A stretch of 63,655 nt of DNA, the filler included, from Guillardia theta CCMP2712 (taxonomy: Eukaryota; Protista; Cryptophyta), in the NCBI RefSeq assembly GCF_000315625.1. It is 7 parts of 7 records of this genome, joined end to end, with 100 filler letters (N's around TTAATTAATTAA, not from the genome) between each part and the next. Parts side by side here need not be neighbours in the genome. Positions count along the whole stretch, not along the records: positions 48,255 to 56,815 come from NW_005434252.1; positions 56,916 to 58,612 come from NW_005434047.1; positions 58,713 to 62,083 come from NW_005434668.1; positions 62,184 to 63,655 come from NW_005434038.1; 3 more parts are not named here. One strand, 5' to 3'. Numbering within the stretch: position 1 is the stretch's first letter; each line of letters starts with the position of its first letter. Both the position numbers and the translations under genes were made by a program. The notes beneath the pieces were generated by a model. That model saw nothing but the letters and a program-made list of their open reading frames with translations. It had not been told where the DNA came from and did no database searches. Positions 52,420-63,655 of the stretch are shown here, piece by piece.

Positions 52420-54716
52420 TGCCTACTTGATCGCCTGCCGTTGAAGTCAGACGGATGATGCCATGGAACTGGCCTTACGTACCGGAAGATGGACTTGCTG
52501 ATTGATGACGATGCTTTCCTTCTGCTCAGTTGTCAGTTCGTGTTCATCATCAGCAGACGCTTTGCCTCAGGTGTCATTTCAGGCTTCCTCCCTTCCGTCA
52601 CGAGGGCTCTGCAATGTTGGTCACAGAAGTACGGAAGATCGACGGGAGGAGGGAAAGGAATTCTCAGGATTTTAGGGATGTTATCACTTCGATCGCGGAG
52701 ATGCTGTTTCCGCCGCAGGAGCAGACGGACGTCGAGTGGTACCTGCAAGGGCGTGAGTCCCAGGGGAGGAGTTGGAAGGGACTGTAGAACGTGGGGAGTC
52801 GCGCATCTCCCGAGGCGTCACCACCCGTCTGTTGGGGGACTTCCCTAGGAGCAGATGAGAAGTGAATGTGCAGACAAGGTGAGGACCTTGACCCGCCAGG
52901 TCTTGTAGGGACCCGTCCGGATACACTAGAACAACCTTGTCGCTGACTCCGTGGTAGAACCTCCCGTCTGTTCCCTTGACCCGCTCCGACACTGTAGCTC
53001 ATGTTACAGTCCCACCAACACCTCTCCCCCTCACCGTAGGCAGGCATGGGGAGGTTGCGATGGGCGGGCTTGTCTTTGGTCTCGGGCTCCTCTGGGGCTC
53101 GACGAGCTGGAGAACTTTGCGGAGGCTTGAGCAGGTACACGTCCTTGGTGTAGCCGACAGCGTTGAGGAAAGCCGCCTTGCTCTGCTCCTCGAGAACCTC
53201 CCGCATGATGCCGCTGACGAAGCCTTTGTCCGCCTTCTTGGTCATGGTCTGATGTAACGACTTGAAGGCCCTCCATAGCTCCTGGATCTCATCGCTCGCC
53301 TCCTGCATCTCCGTCAGTCTTCCCATCGCTCGAGGCTCTGTAGACCTCGCCCGTAGCGAACCCTCGCACGCGATCCATGCTCTGTTGGACCTGAGAAAAG
53401 ACATCTTGCAAGATAGACCGCACGTACGAGCGATCGACTTTGTCTTCCAGCTCCTCCTGCTGCGCTTTGGAGTCCAGGTCCTTTTCCATCTTCACCATAG
53501 TGCGAAACAGAATCTGCAGCTCCGCGTTGTGCGTCTTGAGGGTCTGAGAGATCTGCTGCATCTGCGTGGGGTTGGGGGGCATGTGGACGTACGTGCTGAC
53601 TTCCCTGACCGGGTTGGCGATGGGGGAGGAGGTGAGGAGCTTGGTAGTGCTGGAGATCTTCTCCTTCAACATCTCAAGAGCGGAGAGGAACTCCTTTGAC
53701 GTCATCTCGGTGACCTGTGCGTTCTCCGCCATGCTCGAGTCCATTGCTCGCAGCTTCTCCTCCAAGACGTTCTGCGTCTGCGCAATCCTCTCAATCTGCT
53801 GAGAGAGCTCTGCTTGCGAGCTTGACGCCAGCTCCTCCATTTCCCTTCTCATCCTCTCCTGCTGCTCGGCGATCTCCTCGAGTCGCGTCCAGATCGCATC
53901 TCCGTCCACCGGGGACGCTGACTTGCCCCGAGGAGCTGGACTCGTCGACACTTCTGCCATGTTGGGTCCGTCAACCTGCACCTCTGATGACGTCGACTGA
54001 GGATGCTGCGCTGTTTGCTGCAGGAGCTCCACGGCCTCTCCCAGTTGTTGTATGCTCGACCTCATGTCGTTGATGGAAGAGCCAGCTATCAACCGCTCGT
54101 ACTCGTGTTGCAGGTACTGCACTGATAGGAGGTGTTGTGATATCTCCTCCCTCACACTTGATACTGTGTTGGTGTTCTCCTCCAGCACAGGCTCCACCTG
54201 CGTCATGACGCTTTCTAAGTTCGTCACGGTCGCGTGTTTGAGCTCAGCTAGGAGTTCGTCCTTGAGCTGAGCGAACTTGATCTCGAGCATGGGCATCAAC
54301 AGCGCTTTGACGTCTTGGTCTGAAAGTGAAGCTGGAGATGAATTGCTGTTTCCTAAGGAGCGGTGGAGCTCCCTAATCTCCTTTTCTATCTGCTCTCGCT
54401 CAGCTTTTTCCCTTTGGAGCAAGAAGACAACTTCGTCGTTCTTCTTCTGGAGATCCTGGGTGGCTTTATGCATCTCCTATTAACACATCGCACATTACAT
54501 GCCGCCAGTCACTCTCTGACTGCTCCCCCTCCCTCCCTCTTGCCCATGACCCTCACTCATTCTAAGTCTCTTCTCCCCTGCTCTGTCCTGTCCTCTACCG
54601 TCATCTACTGTGCTCTACTGTGCTCTCCCTCTCTCTCCTCCCTTCCCCTCCCTCCCCCCCTCTCTCACCTCCATCTTCCGCCGCAGCGGCGCATCGTCGA
54701 TGAGAACTTCCGGCAT
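52420..54716 (-). CDS. Long coiled-coil protein, possibly QRICH2/DUF4795-like, multi-exon
   Basis: 394-aa heptad ORF 53289..54473; KAQQEELEDKVDRSYV, KKADKGFV and VKGTDGRFYHG. The family call is tentative and the 3' end approximate. Confidence 0.6.
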
Positions 54717-54943
54717 GAAGGCGATGGTAGTAAGAAAGGGTGGGGGTACATAGGAATACCCTTTATTTGTAAGGTAATCCATAGGAAATGTAGCGGGTGG
54801 GTAGTGATAGTGAGGGGGTGGGGTATTCCTCAACGGCTTGTCAAATGCCTCCACACAACCGTTATCAAGTCGTTGAAATCGTTTTTAACCGTTATACTTC
54901 TTTCAGTTTTCATGTCGGGCAATGCCTACTAAGAAACCGAAAG

Positions 54944-56773
<1,830 letters not shown>

Positions 56774-57006
56774 GCTCCCTCCCTCCCTCCCTCCCTCCCT
56801 CCCTCCCTCCCTCCCNNNNNNNNNNNNNNNNNNNNNNNNNNNNNNNNNNNNNNNNNNNNTTAATTAATTAANNNNNNNNNNNNNNNNNNNNNNNNNNNNN
56901 NNNNNNNNNNNNNNNTCCCTCCCTCCTCCCTCCTCCTCCTCCTCCTCCTCCTCCTCCTCCTCCTCCTCCTCCTCCTCCTCCTCCTCCTCCTCCTCCTCCT
57001 CCTCCC

Positions 57007-57045
<39 letters not shown>

Positions 57046-57118
57046 TCTCTCCTGCCTCCCGCTACTTCCTCCTCCTCCTTGTCCTGCCTCTCGGTCGCTT
57101 GTGCTCGCTGACGGCGGG

Positions 57119-58400
57119 AGCAGGAGGATCGAGCAGATGAAGAAGACCATCGTAATCTACCCGCAGCCGCAGCTCGTGGGGAGGGCAGACGAGCGTCCGG
57201 ACCCCTGCACCATCGAGCCGGACGAGAACGGCTGGACGAACTTGCAGCTGCCGGTGCTGGTGGAGGCTCATCGCCCCTCCCCGACCTCCCCCAGATCATC
57301 TTCGATCAGTGCAAGCAGCTGGGGCCCCTGCTGGTGGACGCGGAGAACAGCAAGATCAGCAACAAGCAGCTCAAGCAGCTGGTCCTCGACCTCCAGCGCT
57401 CCGGCCACATCCGCCGCCTCGTGCGCCTCAACCTCGGAGACAACGACCTGCGCTGGGAGCGCGAGCTGGTGGGAGTGATCGTGACGCTGCTCAAGGAGGC
57501 GAAGGAGCTTGAGGTGCTGGACCTCACGGGAGCTCACTTGACGGAGGCGGACAAGAAGGAGCTCGCGGCTGAGCTGAAGAAGCAGGAGATTGACCCGTCC
57601 AAAATCACCTACATCAAAGACCTCTCTTCCGTGTACAGGTCTCCTCCTCCTCTCCTCCTGCTCTACATCATCATCTCTTCTCTCTGCCTTCCTCCTCCCC
57701 TCTGTCCTCTGCTTGGCTCACTCAGTTGTCAGTCACGGGCCCAGCAGCGGTCACCTCATGTCTGCCATCGGCACCAGCGTCCGAGCAACTCACAGTGAGT
57801 GATGCCATGAGAGACGAGGCGAAGGGAGCGAGCGAGCGAGGGACGGAGAGACGGAGAGAGCAAGGGAGGGAGGGAGCTAGGGGAAGGAGGGAGGGAGGGA
57901 GGGAGGGAGGGAGGGAGCTAGGGGAAGGAGGGAGGGAGGGAGGGAGGGAGGGAGGGCAGTACCGCTGACGATTTGGTTTGCAGCTCACATCGGAAGGAAG
58001 CAGCTCAACATGCGGGTCGATCGCGCGCGGTCGCGGGTGGAGGACGAGAGGAAGGGGATAGAGAAGTACATCTCCTCCGGTCCGTCCGCGTCATCCAAGC
58101 ATGTAACGTATGAGGAGGTCGCGATCTAAGAGGTGGAGGAGAATGTGAACGTTTTCACACGTCTGTACTATCAAGTAAGCCAGTGAATCTCCTACCATCT
58201 CCTCTCATCTCCTCCTCTCCTCCTCTCTGATTCCCTCTACTCGCCTCGTCATCTTCCAGCTCGGTTCTTCAACGATTTGCTCAATCCTTTTATCCGACTC
58301 CTTGAGGCAAGGTGAGTGAGGAGGAGGCGAGGGAGTTGTAGACAGAACCTCTTCTTAGCATCAGTTGACTGCTCAGCATCAGCTTGAGAGTCAGGAGGAA
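57119..58400 (+). CDS. Fragment of protein with RI-like leucine-rich repeats, on a short contig
   Basis: LVRLNLGDNDL...LKEAKELEVLDLTGAHLTEADKKELA. Neither end is resolved. Confidence 0.55.
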
Positions 58401-58758
58401 TATCTGGATGTAAATCAAACTCTCCTCCTCCTCCTCCTCCTCCTCCTCCTCCTCCTCCTCCTCCTCTCTCGACTACCTCGACCCTTCCCGCTCGTCACAA
58501 CCTGCAAGACGCGTCAACTCCTCTGGCCTCCTGCTCCTCCTCTTCAAGTACTCGCCTCAACCTGTGGAGGGCTCAACGTTTCCCTCCTCCTCGCGTCTCT
58601 GATCATGAAGACNNNNNNNNNNNNNNNNNNNNNNNNNNNNNNNNNNNNNNNNNNNNTTAATTAATTAANNNNNNNNNNNNNNNNNNNNNNNNNNNNNNNN
58701 NNNNNNNNNNNNCAGTGAACTAGGCCACAAGCTGGGAGAGCCCGGGAAACTCGATGAA

Positions 58759-59755
58759 TTACAGCGGCATCCGTCTTATAAAGGCCAATAGTGAAGGGAG
58801 CGAAACCATAATCCCCGTGATTATCGTCATGATTGTCNNNNNNNNNNNNNNNNNNNNNNNNNNNNNNNNNNNNNNNNNNNNNNNNNNNNNNNNNNNNNNN
58901 NNNNNNNNNNNNNNNNNNNNNNNNNNNNNNNNNNNNNGATTCCTGATTCGAGCTTGACCATCCTTGATCCGATGTTCTCGATTCCTGATTCGAGCTTGAC
59001 CATCCTTGATCCGATGTTATGTACGTTTTGCTCCATACCCTGGCGCACATCGTCTATCAGTGTTCTCACAGCAAGGGCAGACCTGCTGCCCGATTACCTT
59101 GACAGATTCTCAGAGGATGCCTTCTCCTTGCCGCGGCGGCCATATTTCTTTGGACCGCAAGACTNNNNNNNNNNNNNNNNNNNNNNNNNNNNNNNNNNNN
59201 NNNNNNNNNNNNNNNNNNNNNNNNNNNNNNNNNNNNNNNNNNNNNNNNNNNNNNNNNNNNNNNNNNNNNNNNNNNNNNNNTCTCTTCTCACAACAGGCAT
59301 GTTCCCTGGCATGAGTGCAAAGAAACGCTGCTCATAATCATTCTCTGTTTCACACTCTCGCGCTGAGTTAAGTCTTGTTACATCGCCTTGTCCCTGTTCT
59401 GCTCTGTCCACTTTCATCCCCGACCCTTCATCCTTGAGATCTGTCCCGCCGTAGGCGTCGCAGGCGAGGAGGTTGTCAGTCTTCAAGCCCTCGAGCTTCA
59501 CATCCTCGATCCTCTACATAGACCCTTCATTCGCCACCTCTCCAGGTCGCTCTCACCTGCCCAATGCTTGCAAGGCTGCTATCCCGCTGCTCGTGCAGCT
59601 CTGTCGACATCTTCTGCGGGTCCCAGTCGCTGAACTGCATCGTGAAGAAGCAGTTCCCTGAGCTCACAAGGAGGAAGAGGAGGAGAGTCTGCAGGAAATG
59701 TTAGATGCCCCTTCCTGACATCAGCAACAAGAACCTTGAAAGCGCTTTCGGACAT
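58759..59755 (-). CDS. Left, shorter copy of inverted gene pair (coiled-coil repeats + C-terminal TM; lacks the middle domain); gapped, possibly a pseudogene
   Basis: Reverse-complement near-identity to the right copy at the start (MSESAFKV), in 59281-59530 and at the 3' end. Contains a 42-bp repeat encoding SRMVKLESGIENIG at 58939/58981. Confidence 0.5.
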
Positions 59756-60185
59756 GCTGAGGCAGAAAGCGGGAGGGCACAAAAAAAGGCGGGAACCTTT
59801 GTAGAACCACAAACCTGGTACCCACCCCTACTTTGACTGATAAACATGGGTAGTTCGACTTCGGAAGAATTGATTTGTACCGGATTTGCAAGGATCTTCG
59901 ATTTTGGTACTGTCAGAGAAAAATATTTGTACCTGATTTTCAATTAGATCTTGAATTAGTACCAAGAAGATGGAAAAGGAGGGTTGCAATTCGGTACAAA
60001 ATTTGTTGGAGGTCCATAGATTAAAATGACTTTTTCCAATCCTACCAGAAAAGTTTGCCTGCGTTTGTTTTTAGCGAGAGAGAGGGGGAGCAGGAGGGAA
60101 GGAAAAGAGGCTGTGGGGTGATTGACCAATAAGACAAACGGTCTGTCTCAGCTTGTCTGATTGCTTGACTCTAGCAGACCTCATC

Positions 60186-61657
60186 ATGTCCGAAAGCGCT
60201 TTCAAGGTTCTTNNNNNNNNNNNNNNNNNNNNNNNNNNNNNNNNNNNNNNNNNNNNNNNNNNNNNNNNNNNNNNNNNNNNNNNNNNNNNNNNNNNNNNNN
60301 NNNNNNNNNNNNNNNNNNNNNNNNNNNNNNNNNNNNNNNNNNNNNNNNNNNNNNNNNNNNNNNNNNNNNNNNNNNNNNNNNNNNNNNNNNNNNNNNNNNN
60401 NNNNNNNNNAATGAAGGGTCTATGTAGAGGATCGAGGATGTGAAGCTCGAGGGCTTGAAGACTGACAACCTCCTCGCCTGCGACGCCTACGGCGGGACAG
60501 ATCTCAAGGATGAAGGTTCGGGGATGAAAGTGGACAGAGCAGAACAGGGACAAGGCGATGTAACAAGACTTAACTCAGCGCGAGAGTGTGAAACAGAGAA
60601 TGATTATGAGCAGCGTTTCTTTGCACTCATGCCNNNNNNNNNNNNNNNNNNNNNNNNNNNNNNNNNNNNNNNNNNNNNNNNNNNNNNNNNNNNNNNNNNN
60701 NNNNNNNNNNNNNNNNNNNNNNNNNNNNNNNNNCATGCGTGTTGTGAGAAGAGAAAGCATCATCTTGACTGTTGAGAGTGCTGACAAGCTGGACAAAAGC
60801 GGGATTTGCTCACCTGGACATCTCAGCAATGTCAATCGTATTGCCGGAAAACTGCAGCTGGAGCAGGCAAAGTCTTCCGGTCCAAAGAAATATGGCCGCC
60901 GCGGCAAAGAGAAGGCATCCTCTGAGAATCTGACGGGCAATGGGACGACGAATAAGCCGTTGGCTGGGAACTCGTACCAGGCTGACTTATGCTTGAAATT
61001 CGAGCAGGACGTCTACCTGCGGGACGTCTTCCAGGGCCACATTGCATCTCCCGATCATGTCAAGTCAGTAGCTAGTAGCAACAATGAGTGCTTCAACAAC
61101 GTTCTTGTCAAACGAGGAGAGTATATCTGCTTCGAGATCACCAAGCCCTCCAACCAAGCACTCACCAAGATCCATCAGCTTTCACGATTGTATTCACAAG
61201 AAGGCCTCAAAGACGACTTCATTGGACGCGGCGCAACCATTGCTGCTTTCGGCCTGATTGTAAATGGAAACAGGCAGAAATTTGAAGAAACTGCGGAAAA
61301 AGTTAGGAAATTTTTTGTCGAAGCAGCAAAGGACCGTGAGATATCCAAGAAGCTGATCGACCAACGGNNNNNNNNNNNNNNNNNNNNNNNNNNNNNNNNN
61401 NNNNNNNNNNNNNNNNNNNNNNNNNNNNNNNNNNNNNNNNNNNNNNNNNNNNNNNNNNNNNNNNNNNNNNNNNNNNNNNNNNNNNNNNNNNNNNNNNNNN
61501 NNNNNNNNNNNNNNNNNNNNNNNNNNNNNNNNNNNNNNNNNNNNNNNNNNNNNNNNNNNNNNNNNNNNGATCAAGAATGACAATCATGACGATAATCACG
61601 GGGATTATGGTTTCGCTCCCTTCACTATTGGCCTTTATAAGACGGATGCCGCTGTAA
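60186..61657 (+). CDS. Right copy of inverted gene pair: possible PD-(D/E)XK nuclease-like domain and C-terminal TM; gapped
   Basis: YQADLCL...YICFEITK...KIHQLSRL...FGLIVNG; C-terminus MTIMTIITGIMVSLPSLLAFIRRMPL*. Confidence 0.55.
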
Positions 61658-63559
61658 TTCATCGAGTTTCCCGGGCTCTCCCAGCTTGTGGCCTAGTTCA
61701 CTGCCAACCTACCTTGCGTCATCGGCAGCTTCTTCTTAGACCTCTTTCTTCCCTATTAGTCAGCGATCAGTCTCTCCTTGGTGTTTTTTTTCTCTTGAAT
61801 GTTAGTAAATATGTAGACATTGAAGTGGTTGATGTTCTGAGGTCAGAAGGAAGGATCTCTGTCGTCTAAACTGTCAACCTTAGCCCGTCTCCCACAGCCC
61901 CAGCCACGTGCTGGAATCCGTTGCTCTCTTCTCAAATTCAGCAGTGGGCTGAAGCTTTGCCTTGTCGAGAAAGAGTCTCCTACTCAAGATTCATATTATT
62001 ACGTTTGTTCCTCCTGGTCCATCTCTCCCCTTGCAACGCCGTTTGTCATACCGACGAGTGCAACTGTAGCCCAGGAAAAAAGANNNNNNNNNNNNNNNNN
62101 NNNNNNNNNNNNNNNNNNNNNNNNNNNTTAATTAATTAANNNNNNNNNNNNNNNNNNNNNNNNNNNNNNNNNNNNNNNNNNNNGGGCCGGAGAAAACTGG
62201 TGAAGGAGGCAAAGGAGTGGGGAAAAAAAGACCTTTCATACGTCGATTTTAGAAAATACTTGTAAAACTATTTGTACCGCAACAAGGACAAGTCGGTACA
62301 AATCGCGGAGTACCGGTTGTTCTGGTACCTAACGTCCTATGAAGGAGGTGGTCATGCGCCCTTGGTGAGGCTCAAAAAGACAACGTTTCAGCAACCCCAG
62401 GTGCTCAACAAATCGTATTTCGCTGTCTTTCGGACCCGGTGCGAAGAGACTTGCTCAACTCCCCAAAAAGAGCTACGAAGCGACGCGAAAATAAGTCTTT
62501 TTGATACACTTTTTTCGCCAAGTCACGAAATCGCCATGGTAGCAGCATGGCGCTCCAGCTAAATTACCACATAAGTCCCTTGAATCGTTGTTGGGGTATC
62601 CTTCACCCCTTCTATCATTCACTTATTGTCTCACTTGAAATTATCTCCCACTCACCTCATGTGCTGAAACCCCTGTGCTCAATATGGTAGTTTAACCGGA
62701 AGAGTTTTGGTCACGGCACTGCAACCTCGAAGTTTGTTGAGACCACCCCGTAACGATGACCCTCTGGAACCTCTCGGACCCTCCCCCTCACCCTGTTCTG
62801 CTACCCGTTCCTCTCCCATAACTAGCTCAACCACCCCCTAGGGGCTGGTCCATTAACACCTGGAACCTTTCAGTAGCCCGCAGAGCTGTCGGGGGCCGCT
62901 CGGCCTGTCACGGGCTCTCCATCGGACGGGCCCGTGCCTCCCCCGCCGGCCCCCGACGCCGTGATCACTGATATCTTTCTACTTGTACCTGATTTTTTTT
63001 ACTCAAAGTTAAGTTAAAAGTCAGTACGAGGACAATCTGGTTTCACTTAACTGACTCTCAGTGATTCTAGTGCCATCGGCGGCGGCCCGGCCGCTGGCAC
63101 CCCGGGGCTACCGGATCCCAGAGCATGGTGATAGGGGAAGACAGCGGGGAGGGTGGAGGGAGGGAGGAGACGGAAAGTTTGGCGACGATGCTTGAGAGCT
63201 TTCAGGTAGTTGCATCCTACCTCCCCTTCCTCCTCTTCCCCCCTCCAACCATCCGTCCCACCACCCATCCACTCTCCCTCCCTTGCTCCTTCCCTCCATG
63301 AATCCATGAATCCACTCCAATGGCTCGCTCGCTCGCTCCTGTTCATTTTCCCTGGTTTTCAGGAAATATTGTCCAACATGAAACGAATATGTCTGCCTCC
63401 CGAAGGAGTCTTTCGAGTATGCGGTAACGGGAGCGTGCTGGTGTACACGTGTTGCTGATCAACCAATAGCACTCTCAGGACGAACAGAAATTGTTCCCGA
63501 GAATTGGTCACGTGACAGGTCGACGCCCATGCCGGATCCTATCAACACTGTGATGAGGT

Positions 63560-63655
63560 GAGGAGGAGGAGGAGGAGGAGGAGGAGGAGGAGGAGGAGGA
63601 GGAGGAGGAGGAGGCACCTGGAGGAGGAGGAGGAGGAGGAGGAGGAGGAGGAGGA
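63560..63655. repeat. (GAG)n microsatellite
   Basis: Direct reading. Confidence 0.95.

Noticed and set aside
58713-61703. DNA transposon with terminal inverted repeats
   Set aside because: The inverted arms are gene copies, no transposase motif is visible, and the left end abuts a linker so no target-site duplication can be assessed.

Overview
This is eukaryotic, intron-rich, microsatellite-rich nuclear DNA from a draft assembly. Contigs are joined by artificial N44-TTAATTAATTAA-N44 linkers, and there are several internal N gaps. Short GT-AG introns and a bipartite signal+transit leader suggest an alga with a complex red plastid, probably cryptophyte-like (inference). About 18-19 protein genes are visible, many arranged head-to-head: a UBE2O/PHO2-like E2-E3 enzyme, a secreted/membrane-anchored MsrB-like protein, a NodZ/GT23-like fucosyltransferase, an FKBP-TPR protein with an N-terminal ubiquitin-like RLRGG motif, a putatively plastid-targeted protein with two tandem RbcX-like domains, an SLC17/ACS transporter, stomatin-like protein 2, coiled-coil proteins, a ~3,700-aa REJ/GPS/TIG/Cys-repeat surface protein plus a related 5' fragment, a DYRKP-like kinase, WD40 and LRR proteins, and an inverted pair of nuclease-like/coiled-coil/TM genes. 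There is also a small nad5 NUMT. The most notable observations are the tandem RbcX-like protein, the giant polycystin-like protein whose GPS cleavage site is replaced by RRRL, the inverted gene pair, and recurring GGGTA/TACCC and GC-palindrome blocks in head-to-head intergenic regions. Exon boundaries were read by eye, and family calls are motif recognition, not database results.
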